DNA of 64,000 nucleotides, taken from positions 34,426 to 98,425 of the IMG/VR virus record IMGVR_UViG_3300025122_000008. One strand, given 5' to 3'. This DNA comes from a virus. Position numbers and translations under genes: made by a program. How positions within the stretch are numbered: position 1 is the stretch's first letter; each line of letters opens with the position of its first letter. The notes beneath the pieces are model-generated. The model saw only the letters and a list, made by a program, of their open reading frames with translations. It was not told where the DNA came from and did no database searches. Positions 11,001-20,067 of this stretch are shown here, one piece after another.

Positions 11001-11195
11001 GATATTTTTATCTTAGATGAACCCGGGACTGCCCTGGATGCTGACAATATGGAAGGTTTTGTACGTATACTTGAACTGATTAAGTCGTATTTTAAAACTG
11101 TTATATTAATTTCGCATCTTGATAGTTTAAAGGACTGTGTTGACACACAAATCATAATAGAGAAAATAGATACATATGCTCATGTAGAAGTATAA
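8040..11195 (+). CDS. Fused SbcD/Mre11 (gp47) nuclease and SbcC/Rad50 (gp46) ATPase
   Basis: Metallophosphoesterase motifs ADVH, GGDIAH, GNHD, LGDIH; then Walker A GKNYSGKSS, long coiled coil, signature GSGAE, Walker B FILDE, H-loop LISH in one 1051-aa frame. Confidence 0.9.
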   Translation: MYKIAHCADVHIKNLKYHFEYRKIFDQMYESLREEEVDFIYVGGDIAHTKTQISPEFVEMCSKFLSSLADIAPTYVILGNHDGNLRNSSRQDAITPIVDALQHPRLHLLKNSGEVLLAPDLSMNVLSVFDEENWVKPSDPNKINIAVYHGSIAGVQTDIGWIMDHGDHDVSIFEDHDYAMLGDIHKTNQILDTEGKVRYSGSIVQQNHGETNDKGFLIWEIVDKDDFTVKHIKLLNPKPFVTIELTPKGRMPRGLTIPAGARIRLVSNNNLPLNVMKKAVSVAKHRFNPESITFLNRAAGQRGSIDVSGNGFFKENLRDISVQERLMKEYLSDFEASTEMMERVNHLNKKYNSLVEAEEDVARNINWKLNSFEWDNLFNYGEDNKINFEKLSGIVGIFGKNYSGKSSIIDGLLYSIFNTTSKNERKNLNVINQHKAACSTKVELQIGDKIYTINRRSEKYVKKLKGEVTDEARTDLDFDYYDPVLDESHSLNDTSRIKTDAAIRKHFGTIEDFLLTSMASQLDSLSFIKEGSTRRKEILAKFLDLEVFEKKYKFAKEDSADLKGVLRRVGDRNFEEEIAEVARDIKKTNSQLSEQEDKCENIQEEIKEKERQLEEIEKLLDLIPVDAVNIIEVEQKRLDLNSKLGALTEENEQRTKEIQELRTLVRNVNEFINEFDIDELNKKYELIVLKQEKLDAIVNEAKFLQKDFNIKNLKLRLLDEVPCGDEYSQCKFIRDAHKAKREVAPLQAKIVENIECAKEFKIDLGNLNPKEVSQNRLKHGTLIDQRSVAENKIKDLELLYARTKNKIISFMSDITSLQSKIEKYEDYSESIENFECLTAQRQDILEAVGSLATENKNCQGMVLEYYKLKGSYEQKVSNLIEQQKEFKDIQQEYAAYDLYMRCMHSNGIAYDIIKKQLPFINEEVAKVLANIVNFEIFFEDDGKRLNIFIKHPKHEPRPLEMGSGAEKTIAAMAIRLALLSVSNLPKGDIFILDEPGTALDADNMEGFVRILELIKSYFKTVILISHLDSLKDCVDTQIIIEKIDTYAHVEV

Positions 11196-11246
11196 TTCGA
11201 GATACTTTGTGTTTCCGTTCTAATTAGAACGGAGGGTTTATAAACC

Positions 11247-11432
11247 ATGAGACATATAGTCGATAAAGGATTAGAAAAATTAGTATCGCGCAAGCTTCTA
11301 GCCTGGGCCACAGCAACGGGTCTGTTGCTATTCTCGGATCTTACTTCACCAGATTGGGTTATGATTACGTGTGTATACATTGGCGGCCAAACGGTTGTTG
11401 ATACAGTGGCGCGTCTTAAGGGGCTTAAATGA
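11247..11432 (+). CDS. Small two-TM membrane protein, holin-like
   Basis: 61 aa, SRKLLAW start, two hydrophobic stretches, basic C-terminus; SD GGAGG and late box TCTAATTA at 11219-11226. Confidence 0.55.
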   Translation: MRHIVDKGLEKLVSRKLLAWATATGLLLFSDLTSPDWVMITCVYIGGQTVVDTVARLKGLK

Positions 11433-11845
11433 GCCTGCTTTTGTTAAAAAATAAAATTAAAAAATGCTGGGTGTGGCTTAAACACCATTGGTATGTTCCT
11501 TTGGTTGTTATGGGGCTTATAATTGCGTTGTTAATCTGGGCTCTTACCAAAAATGGCGCTTTTGTGGCAAGCCTTATGGACGTATTGGAAAATTCTCGCA
11601 AGTCACATCAAAAAGAAGTAGAAAAATTAAATGAAATTCACAATCGAGAATCAGAAGAGAGAAAACGTATATTAGAGGAATATAATAAAAATATCGATAT
11701 TTTAAAAAAAGAGTATGCTGATAAGGATCGAGAACTAGATAGTGAAAAAAAGAAAGAAATTAAAAAACTGGTCGAAGAGGGCTATAATGACCCTGAAAAA
11801 TTATCTCGCGAATTGGCTAAGTTATATGGGCTTGAGTATGGTTAG
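11429..11845 (+). CDS. N-terminally anchored coiled-coil membrane protein (i-spanin-like)
   Basis: TM WYVPLVVMGLIIALLIWAL followed by a charged coiled coil; ATGA overlap with the preceding gene. Confidence 0.45.
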   Translation: MSLLLLKNKIKKCWVWLKHHWYVPLVVMGLIIALLIWALTKNGAFVASLMDVLENSRKSHQKEVEKLNEIHNRESEERKRILEEYNKNIDILKKEYADKDRELDSEKKKEIKKLVEEGYNDPEKLSRELAKLYGLEYG

Positions 11846-12299
11846 AAAAATATTATCTTTAATTTTAATTTCTCTTTTGGCTTTTCCTCCGATAGCAATT
11901 GCCGAGGGATCAGAAGAGGCAACATATGAAGTGACGTCATTAAAGGCCGGCGAACCGGCCCCATTTGATGGCGTGTTGCTATCATCGGCGGCCGCAGCTA
12001 AAATAGCAGTGGATAAAAAATTTGAAGACGCAGAGTGTGATCTTCGTATCGACTATGAGCTTCGCATACAAGAGCAGCGCTATAGCCTACAATTGGACTT
12101 TAAAGATGTTGAGATTCATTCGTGGAAAGATAAATATGAGTCTATGATGATTCTTAAGACTGCGGAGAATGATTATTTAATGGAGTTGGTTTTAAAGCAG
12201 AAGCCTGCCAAAGATCCATTCTTGGTTGCCTTAGGATTTGGAATTGGTACCCTGACTTCTTTGGGGATATTTGCTTTATCAACCGAAATAGCTAGGTGA
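11838..12299 (+). CDS. Exported coiled-coil protein with signal peptide and C-terminal hydrophobic segment (possible lysis accessory)
   Basis: Likely start ATG 11838 (MVRKILSLILISLLAFPPIAIA, AxA cleavage site), KAGEPAPFDGVLL, coiled coil, C-terminal FLVALGFGIGTLTSLGIFAL. Confidence 0.5.
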   Translation: MVRKILSLILISLLAFPPIAIAEGSEEATYEVTSLKAGEPAPFDGVLLSSAAAAKIAVDKKFEDAECDLRIDYELRIQEQRYSLQLDFKDVEIHSWKDKYESMMILKTAENDYLMELVLKQKPAKDPFLVALGFGIGTLTSLGIFALSTEIAR

Positions 12300-12306
12300 C
12301 CAACAG

Positions 12307-13878
12307 GTGCCTAAATTAATACCAGAAGCTACTAGTCGAGCGAAGCTCCTTTCTTTTATAAGAAACCACAGGCACGCGGCCGGAATCGTATCCGGTGCTG
12401 CGGGTTCTGGTGATGAAATTCAATTTAACGAGGGTGGCCAACTCGGAGGCTCCACACAGTTTGTTTTTGACAAAACCACTGGTAAGGTTGGTATAGGTCT
12501 AACAGATCCTGATTGCTTCCTAGAGATTATGGCTGAGACCGGAAATCAGTTAAAACTATCTGAGAATGGCACCGACAATGTTACTTTTGATCATAGGCTC
12601 GGTAAATTTACGATATCGGTTGACGGCGGCGGGGGCGACCCCATGGTGGTTCAAGCAGGACAAGTGGGCGTTGTAGACGGGGGCAACCAACTTACACCTA
12701 CGGCAATGTTTCATGCTTCGTCTTCTACTGATAGCGCTCTCTTGCGTCTAGAAGCTGCGGACTGTAGTAAGCCCATATTGTTTGCCACCGGTTCTATACG
12801 TGGTGTTGGCATTAACACAGCCTCTCCCAATCACGCCCTAACGGTGAGTGGTGCAATATCTGCTTCTATTGATATTTCGGCTTCCTCTTTCTATGGTGAC
12901 GGGTCCGGTATTACGGGCCTTACAGTTACATCAGTTTCGGGCACCACTGCACAATTAACAACGGGCATAATCAATTCCGGATACTTAAATGTTTCTGGAG
13001 TGGTTACTCTTGAAAACGATATCACCGGTGCCAAAGGCTATGTTAATTTTAAGAATGGCCATTTTTCTATTACAGGATCCCCCGAGATTGCAGGCGCCGT
13101 TTATATAAAGACAGGCAACTCACTATCATTTAACGGCTTAACGAATACTGCCAAAATTACTAACAATGGTACAAACCTTGATATTAATTCGCCGGGCCTT
13201 ATTAATCTCAATGCCGGTAGCCCGGCAGTTGTTTCAAGTTCCGATTCACTACAAATAGTTGGTAACTCTATCTTCGGGGGCGCCCTAGACGTAAGCGGCG
13301 TTGTGAAGGCGGCGTCTGGTGTCCGGTCCGCTGGACTGCTTTCCGGATCGAATTCGCTGCAAATAGTTGGCGATTCCATCTTCGGTGGGAAGCTTAACAT
13401 CTCGGGAGGCCTCGGTTTAGGAAAGGTCCCTAAGATTACATTAGATACTCATTTCACAGGGGCCCTGAACCCAATTAATCTTGAAAACGATACCGGTGGT
13501 GGCGACGTGATATATTTTGGTACCTCCTCCGCAGGCTTAACAGCGGGCGCCCTCTATTATCTTAATAGTGATGGCGGGTGGTCGTCTGCATCGGCCGGAG
13601 CGACGGGGAGCGGCCATAATCAACTTCTTGGGATTTCAATAGGCGCCAAGGCAATTGCCAATGGAATGCTGCTTCGTGGATTTTTTGATATGAGTACCTA
13701 TTATTCAGGGACCTTTGTAAAAGGGGGTCCGGTTTATATACTTTCCGGAAGCAAGGGGTACGTGAGTGACCAAGCCCCGTCAGCTAGCGATGCTTTTGTG
13801 AGGGCCGTGGGCTTTAGCACCGATACGGCGAATGTAATTTATTTTAATCCGGACCCTACATATGTTGAGATCGCATAA
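12307..13878 (+). CDS. Fibre-like virion protein
   Basis: IQFNEGG, GKVGIG and GVGINT fibre repeats; carries the AKITNNGTNLDINSPGLINLNAG module also found in 26150-28945; C-terminal globular domain. Confidence 0.65.
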   Translation: MPKLIPEATSRAKLLSFIRNHRHAAGIVSGAAGSGDEIQFNEGGQLGGSTQFVFDKTTGKVGIGLTDPDCFLEIMAETGNQLKLSENGTDNVTFDHRLGKFTISVDGGGGDPMVVQAGQVGVVDGGNQLTPTAMFHASSSTDSALLRLEAADCSKPILFATGSIRGVGINTASPNHALTVSGAISASIDISASSFYGDGSGITGLTVTSVSGTTAQLTTGIINSGYLNVSGVVTLENDITGAKGYVNFKNGHFSITGSPEIAGAVYIKTGNSLSFNGLTNTAKITNNGTNLDINSPGLINLNAGSPAVVSSSDSLQIVGNSIFGGALDVSGVVKAASGVRSAGLLSGSNSLQIVGDSIFGGKLNISGGLGLGKVPKITLDTHFTGALNPINLENDTGGGDVIYFGTSSAGLTAGALYYLNSDGGWSSASAGATGSGHNQLLGISIGAKAIANGMLLRGFFDMSTYYSGTFVKGGPVYILSGSKGYVSDQAPSASDAFVRAVGFSTDTANVIYFNPDPTYVEIA

Positions 13879-14699
13879 TGGCCCAGGCCATCGCAAGTAT
13901 ATCAGGAGTAAGTATGGCGAATATTAAAAGTATTGCTGGCGTTGACTATAGCGGCTGGGAAGAAACATATTCGATCGACTTTGCTGACTATGATAGTGAT
14001 GGAAATATGAGTGATGATGACACTATCAGTATTAATGGTGTTACGTGGACTGCCGACGTCGTCAACGGCACAATTGAGGTTAAACCGGATCACGGCCTTC
14101 TTATAGTTGCGGGCTCTAGTAGCGATATGTTCGGCGGCACCTTTGCTGTTCCTCGCTTCTCGGCCGATGTGAGTGATCTGGTGCCCAACTTAAGTGCACG
14201 TGATGTTGTGTGCATGCAATGGGTTCAGAGTTACCCCGAAGCCCTCCCCGCGGCTAATTATGAAGCAGCCGGCTCGCAATTTTGGAACGGTTCCACGGGG
14301 GGAGGCTGGAGAGGGATGGGCTTACGAATGCTGTACAACGGTGGTCAAAAATGGTGCCCGATGCGGGGAACCACCAATGAATTGAAAACTAGTGTAGCAG
14401 CTGACGATGAATATAATGCATTTGAGGTGGTATGGTATTTTACTGGCCAGGCTAGCGTAATGTCTTCTCCGGCTGTTGATGTAACGACACTATCGGATCC
14501 CTTGGTTATGAACTCACAACGCGCTTATTCCAACTATATGGGCTCGGTCACCCCCACGGCGACCGAGGCAAGTGTTGCGGGCGCAGAGATTACAATTGCT
14601 AATGCGAAAGTGATGTTCTATGCCATGAAGGTTAGCTCGGGGAATGATTTTTCAGGCCTTACTACAAAATTTAGAATGTTTAGGGCCCGCGTAGGGTAG
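13878..14699 (+). CDS. Putative fibre-associated or receptor-binding protein
   Basis: Translationally coupled (TAATG) to the fibre gene; N-terminal ISGV...IAGV repeat; beta-rich composition. Confidence 0.4.
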   Translation: MAQAIASISGVSMANIKSIAGVDYSGWEETYSIDFADYDSDGNMSDDDTISINGVTWTADVVNGTIEVKPDHGLLIVAGSSSDMFGGTFAVPRFSADVSDLVPNLSARDVVCMQWVQSYPEALPAANYEAAGSQFWNGSTGGGWRGMGLRMLYNGGQKWCPMRGTTNELKTSVAADDEYNAFEVVWYFTGQASVMSSPAVDVTTLSDPLVMNSQRAYSNYMGSVTPTATEASVAGAEITIANAKVMFYAMKVSSGNDFSGLTTKFRMFRARVG

Positions 14700-14717
14700 T
14701 TAAATCTTGGAAATATA

Positions 14718-15107
14718 ATGAAAAAAAACAAACAAGAATATATTGCTAAATTAGAAAAAGCCATCTCGCAAAAATATGGGGATGACGCAATAAACAATCC
14801 GCGGCGTTTTTGGGACGAAGAGAAAGAAAAAAAATACATAGCGCAATCTCAAGAAGAGCAAAGGAAGTTTGCCAAATTATCTGAAACACAAGACAAAGTA
14901 GAAACAGGCGGATTTTTAGTAAACAAAAAACTACTTAGTAGAGATACAAACAGGCTTTGTCCCGTTTGCAGTAAATATTCATTTGACGTGCGCGACGATT
15001 TATATTTAAATAAGTTTGAATGTTGTTGGAGATGTCACATTCAATGGGTAGAGGGTAGAGAAGAAAGATGGGCAACAGGATGGCGCCCAAATAAAGAGGA
15101 TAAATAA
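14718..15107 (+). CDS. Hypothetical protein with Cys-rich putative Zn site
   Basis: CPVC...CCWRC; two genes upstream of terminase. Confidence 0.55.
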   Translation: MKKNKQEYIAKLEKAISQKYGDDAINNPRRFWDEEKEKKYIAQSQEEQRKFAKLSETQDKVETGGFLVNKKLLSRDTNRLCPVCSKYSFDVRDDLYLNKFECCWRCHIQWVEGREERWATGWRPNKEDK

Positions 15108-15649
15108 TGGCGACAACACTAGAAATTATTAGAGGAATTGCGCAGGCCGCGGCCAATGCATATGATGGTTCTCACGAGGAATCACTAAGCGCAGATGGCA
15201 AGGCAAGAAAGGTTGGTCTACACCGAGAAGAGGGGCACCTCATTAATGATCGTCGTGTCATAGACGGGTTTAACGTAAGATTTAGTGGCCCGATCCTAAC
15301 AATTACATATCAATCGGAAATTAGACTTAAAGAAGTAGCTCAGCCGGGCTTTGAAAATGAAGTGGTGGGGATGATTAGGAAGGTTGCCTCCTTTTTAAAG
15401 AAGGAGTACAAAAGTATTACCGGCGACACCCTATCTCTGACTAAGGTCGGTGAGCCAGCCGTATTGGTACAAAAAATTTCCAATTTCCGATCGGACGTTC
15501 AAGCCTCATGTAATTATAAAATTGGTGGCATGGGCGATGTAGAGGAAAACAAAATGCCCTCAGAAGATCGTCTGGACAAAGCAGTCCGAGACTGGCTAGC
15601 CCTGGGCCCAGGCAAAAAGCGGCCTTCAAACGACACTCGCAAAGGGTAG
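15107..15649 (+). CDS. Hypothetical protein
   Basis: 180-aa ORF with SD GAGGA, coupled to the preceding gene. Confidence 0.6.
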   Translation: MATTLEIIRGIAQAAANAYDGSHEESLSADGKARKVGLHREEGHLINDRRVIDGFNVRFSGPILTITYQSEIRLKEVAQPGFENEVVGMIRKVASFLKKEYKSITGDTLSLTKVGEPAVLVQKISNFRSDVQASCNYKIGGMGDVEENKMPSEDRLDKAVRDWLALGPGKKRPSNDTRKG

Positions 15650-15661
15650 TAATAGCGTGTT

Positions 15662-17248
15662 ATGGGGTATAGTCCTACTAAACAGGAGATAGTCAAGGAG
15701 GTAGTTAAATCTGGCAAAAGTCCAGTTTATTTTATTACAAATTATTGTAAGATATCGCATCCCCAACAAGGTTTAATCCCATTTAAAACTTATGATTTCC
15801 AGGACAACCTTTTAAAAGATTTTAACGATCATCGATTTAATATAGTATTAAAGGCGCGCCAATTAGGTATATCCACAATTACTGCAGCCTATATCGTGTG
15901 GCTGATGTTGTTCCATCGTGACAAAAATATTCTAGTTGTTGCAACTAAATTACAAACCGCAACAAATCTGGTAAGAAAAGTTAAAAAAATAATGAAATCT
16001 CTTCCCCCATGGGTGAAGATATCTCAAATTAGCATAGACAATAGGACTTCTTTTGAGCTTACAAACGGATCTCAGATTAAGGCATCTTCGACCTCGTCAG
16101 ATGCTGGTCGTTCAGAGGCCTTATCGTTATTAGTAGTAGACGAAGCCGCACACGTTGAGAATCTTGAAGAAATATGGACCGCTTTGTATCCGACTTTATC
16201 TACCGGTGGTCGATGTATCGCTCTTTCTACCCCCAATGGGGTTGGCAATTGGTTTCACAAGGCATGTGTTGAGGCCGAAGCAGGTATAAATAATTTTTAT
16301 ATGACGACGCTTATGTGGGATATGCATCCCGATAGGGATCAAGCTTGGTATGAAAGAGAAACAAGAAATATGTCCCAGCGCCAGATTGCGCAGGAGCTAG
16401 AATGTAACTTCAACGTTTCTGGAGAAACAGTAATACATGCAGATGATCTATCTTATTATCTTAATAATGTGAATGAGCCAAAATATCGTACCGGCTTTGA
16501 TCGTAATTATTGGATATGGGAGGAGTATAAAGACGAGTCGTCTTATTTAATTGCTGCTGATATTGCACGTGGAGATGGTCAAGACAATTCAGCATTTCAC
16601 GTATTCAAGTTGGATACCCTGGAAATAGTTGCAGAATATATTGGTAAACCAAATCCAGACGATTTTTCTGATATATTATTTGATGCTGGAAAAGAATATG
16701 GCACCTGTATGATTGTCGCAGAAAATAATAACATAGGGTTTGCTGTACTTAATAAGTTAAAAGATAAGGAGTATAATAATATATATCATTCTACGAAAAC
16801 TTCTCATGATTACGTTGATCCAATCCAAGCACAGTGGATGTCTAATATTGTCCCGGGTTTTACAACCTCTTCTAAAACAAGGCCGCTGGTGATTGCCAAG
16901 ATGGAAGAGTTTATGCGGAACAAACTAGTTAAGATTAATTCTAATCGATTGCTTTCTGAAATGAAAACGTTTATATGGCACCACGGAAGGGCCCAGGCGA
17001 TGAGATCTTATAATGATGATTTGATTATGTCGTTTGCAATTGGGTGCTGGGTACGAGATACAGTGCTTATAGAAAATCAAAGATTAACCGAATATAATAG
17101 AAATGCTCTTTTGTCAATATCGACCTCTTCAAAGAAAATGAACACAACAATACCTGGAATGATCGGGTATAAAAAACATACCGAAGGCCCGCGCCAGCAG
17201 GAAGCGGCACAGTTTAATGAACAATATGCTGCGATTATTAAAGGATAG
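15662..17248 (+). CDS. Terminase large subunit (T4 gp17-like)
   Basis: YDFQ adenine-binding motif, KARQLGIST Walker A, LLVVDEAAH Walker B, STPNG coupling motif, QELEC, nuclease ADIARG...DNS and DDLIMS. Confidence 0.95.
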   Translation: MGYSPTKQEIVKEVVKSGKSPVYFITNYCKISHPQQGLIPFKTYDFQDNLLKDFNDHRFNIVLKARQLGISTITAAYIVWLMLFHRDKNILVVATKLQTATNLVRKVKKIMKSLPPWVKISQISIDNRTSFELTNGSQIKASSTSSDAGRSEALSLLVVDEAAHVENLEEIWTALYPTLSTGGRCIALSTPNGVGNWFHKACVEAEAGINNFYMTTLMWDMHPDRDQAWYERETRNMSQRQIAQELECNFNVSGETVIHADDLSYYLNNVNEPKYRTGFDRNYWIWEEYKDESSYLIAADIARGDGQDNSAFHVFKLDTLEIVAEYIGKPNPDDFSDILFDAGKEYGTCMIVAENNNIGFAVLNKLKDKEYNNIYHSTKTSHDYVDPIQAQWMSNIVPGFTTSSKTRPLVIAKMEEFMRNKLVKINSNRLLSEMKTFIWHHGRAQAMRSYNDDLIMSFAIGCWVRDTVLIENQRLTEYNRNALLSISTSSKKMNTTIPGMIGYKKHTEGPRQQEAAQFNEQYAAIIKG

Positions 17249-17252
17249 ATAG

Positions 17253-19259
17253 ATGCCACCAGATAAAAAGATAGATCACAGAAACAATCCGAGAAACCCG
17301 GCATCACCTCTTTTTAAGAGACTAACGAGGCTTTTTACGGGCCCCCTCATTAATTATCGGGCCCAATTTACGAGAGAAGAACGACGATCTGCGTTAGATA
17401 AATATAAATATAGATTTAGAAGTTTAAGCGGCCAGCAGTTCAAACGTTCCGCAGACAATTTATCTCGTAATTATAATATGTTAACTTCCGCGGCAATGCG
17501 GAATCAAAACAGAAACGAAAGATATATTGATTTTGATCAGATGGAATATATGCCAGAGATTGCGTCTGCACTAGATATTTACGCAGACGAGATGACAACC
17601 TCTAACGGATACAATCCACTTCTTAAGATTGAATGTAGAAATGAAGAAATTAAAACAATTTTGCATGGTCTTTTTTATGATGCGCTAAATGTTGAGTTTA
17701 ATGCGTTCGGCTGGGCGAGAACCATGTCTAAATATGGCGACTTCTTTTTGTATTTAGATGTAGATGAAATATTAGGTGTAAAATCGGTTATTGGATTACC
17801 TTCTGGAGAAGTAGAGAGGCTGGAAGGGCAGGATCCTACAAACCCAAATTACGTACAGTATCAATGGAATTCTGCTGGGATGACTTTTGAAAATTGGCAA
17901 GTTGGCCACTTTAGAATTCTTGGTAATGATAAGCACGCCCCATATGGTACTTCTGTTTTAGACCCTGCTCGACGTATTTGGCGTCAATTGGTTTTAATTG
18001 AAGATGCTATGCTGGCTTATCGTGTTGTTCGTGCGCCAGAACGACGAATGTTTAAAATCGATGTGGGCAATATTCCGCCCCAAGAGGTGGAACAATATAT
18101 GGAAAAGGTTAAGACCTCTTTGAAAAGAAATTCTTTGGTTGATGCATCGACCGGTCGAGTAGATTTGCGATATAATCCGTTATCTGTTGAAGAAGATTAT
18201 TTTATTCCAATTCGTGGTGGTGTAGGATCCGATATTACAACTTTGGCGGGGGCATCTCAACTCAATGATATTGACGATGTAAAGTATATCCGAGATAAAT
18301 TATTCTCGGCCATCAAGATACCTCAAGAGTATTTGTCAATGACAGAGGGATCCGGCCAAGGAGAAACCACGTTAGCACAAAAAGATGTACGATTTGCGCG
18401 CACCATACAGAGACTTCAGAGGGCCTTTGTTTCAGAGCTTGAAAAAATTGCTGTTGTACACTTATTTACGTTGGGCTATCGTGGTCAGGATTTAATTTCT
18501 TTTAAGTTGGCCCTAAATAATCCCTCTAAACTAGCAGAATTGCAAGAGATTGAACATCTTCGTAGCAAATTTGATTTGGCCAACAATGTTGTTGAGGGCA
18601 TGTTTAGTAAGTATTGGATCTCAAAAAACATACTTCGCATGTCCGATGAAGAATTTTTACGAAATCAACGAGAGGCGTTCTATGATCGCAAATATCAAGT
18701 GGCCCTCGATGCGGTGACCGAAGAGGGCGCTGCGGAAGCTGCCGGTGGTGGACTTGGCGCTGCGGATCTGGGTGGAGGCGACCTAGGCCTTGAGGGCGGC
18801 GCCGACGCCGGTCTTGATTTGGGCGGAGAAGAAGGTGCTGGCGAACTAGGCGGAGAAGAAGGTGCCGGCGAACTAGGCGGAGAAGCTGCCGCTGGTGAAG
18901 AGTCAACCCTATTGGCGGCTCCTGCGCGCGTCGAGGATCGACCCACAATAGCCAGTCTTGAGCCGCAGGCTAAGGGTAAGAAATATTATAGAAGAAAGGA
19001 AGATACCAGAAAAACAAACAAGAAGGGCCCTACTAGCAGAAAAGTACGCCCGCGCGCGAAGACTTCCACTCGCGATGTTTTCCCAGGTAACAAGCTTTTG
19101 AACATCAACGCACTTTATGAGGATTATGAATCTATTTATATTAATAAGTCTGATGATCAAGAGGTGAAACTGTTTGAGAACACCAAAGATATTCGTAAAT
19201 TGATAACAGAGTTGGAAATAAAAGAAGCGGAGACAGATAACGGTGAAGACAAAGCATAA
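17253..19259 (+). CDS. Portal protein (T4 gp20-like) with acidic Gly-rich C-terminal extension
   Basis: PEIASALDIYADE, LIEDAMLAYRVVRAPERRMFKIDVGNIP, EEDYFIP, DVRFARTIQRLQ. Confidence 0.95.
   Translation: MPPDKKIDHRNNPRNPASPLFKRLTRLFTGPLINYRAQFTREERRSALDKYKYRFRSLSGQQFKRSADNLSRNYNMLTSAAMRNQNRNERYIDFDQMEYMPEIASALDIYADEMTTSNGYNPLLKIECRNEEIKTILHGLFYDALNVEFNAFGWARTMSKYGDFFLYLDVDEILGVKSVIGLPSGEVERLEGQDPTNPNYVQYQWNSAGMTFENWQVGHFRILGNDKHAPYGTSVLDPARRIWRQLVLIEDAMLAYRVVRAPERRMFKIDVGNIPPQEVEQYMEKVKTSLKRNSLVDASTGRVDLRYNPLSVEEDYFIPIRGGVGSDITTLAGASQLNDIDDVKYIRDKLFSAIKIPQEYLSMTEGSGQGETTLAQKDVRFARTIQRLQRAFVSELEKIAVVHLFTLGYRGQDLISFKLALNNPSKLAELQEIEHLRSKFDLANNVVEGMFSKYWISKNILRMSDEEFLRNQREAFYDRKYQVALDAVTEEGAAEAAGGGLGAADLGGGDLGLEGGADAGLDLGGEEGAGELGGEEGAGELGGEAAAGEESTLLAAPARVEDRPTIASLEPQAKGKKYYRRKEDTRKTNKKGPTSRKVRPRAKTSTRDVFPGNKLLNINALYEDYESIYINKSDDQEVKLFENTKDIRKLITELEIKEAETDNGEDKA
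18822..18885 (+). repeat. 27-bp tandem repeat (about 2.4 copies) encoding GGEEGAGEL in the portal tail
   Basis: GGCGGAGAAGAAGGTGC(T/C)GGCGAACTA at 18822 and 18849, partial copy at 18876. Confidence 0.85.
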
Positions 19260-20067
19260 TAAAAAAAGAAATACTGCAATTCTGTATGAACTGGTAACCA
19301 GGGAATTAACTGATTCTATTGTTAAAAAAGACAATGATAGATATAAATTTACTTTATCTGTTCTAAAAGAGTCTTTCGGAGAAAAAACCATACTTGGTCG
19401 TGAACTTCGATGCTATCGCGACGTTTTAGAAACAAGGGACGTTGAAAAATATACAGCAGAGAGAATAATACACGAAACGAGGGGTGTTCATGGGCGCCTA
19501 AATTCTAAGAAAATATTTGATTCTCAAACAAAAGTTATTAATAAAATTAACAAAGCCCTGTCAAAGGATATATGGAGCACCTTTATTCCTAATTTTAAAA
19601 CCCTTGCAACAATATCAGCGGTTTTTAATTCAAATACTTCTGCAAAGCAAAGAGTGCTGCACGAAGATATTTTAATAAAAATTATGAGTTCGGCTGAGAA
19701 ATTAGAAGAGGGAATATTACAGCCGATGGATGATATAATTTATCATTCGTTCGTAAAAAAGTTTAATGATAAATACTCGTTACTTCTTAAAGAACAGAAA
19801 AATTTACTCAACAGATATATAGCATCTTTTTCTGATAATGGGTTAGAGCTGAATCTGTATCTTAATGAAGAGATAGGTCGTTTAAAAAATATTATGACCG
19901 ACGCACTTCAAACACAAGAGGTCAAGTCGGACGAGACTATGATTGAAAAAACAAAAAAAGTTTTAAGCATATTAGAGAGCTTTAAAGAGATTTTCCCAAC
20001 TAAAGAGACGATTGAAAAAGTATTACAAATTCAACAGCTAGCCGGGGAAATATGCTCCGATGATTAA
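19243..20067 (+). CDS. Hypothetical head-module protein
   Basis: 274-aa helical ORF (KHNKKRNT start) after the portal; late box TCTATTTATA at 19131-19140 inside the portal gene. Confidence 0.6.
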   Translation: MKTKHNKKRNTAILYELVTRELTDSIVKKDNDRYKFTLSVLKESFGEKTILGRELRCYRDVLETRDVEKYTAERIIHETRGVHGRLNSKKIFDSQTKVINKINKALSKDIWSTFIPNFKTLATISAVFNSNTSAKQRVLHEDILIKIMSSAEKLEEGILQPMDDIIYHSFVKKFNDKYSLLLKEQKNLLNRYIASFSDNGLELNLYLNEEIGRLKNIMTDALQTQEVKSDETMIEKTKKVLSILESFKEIFPTKETIEKVLQIQQLAGEICSDD

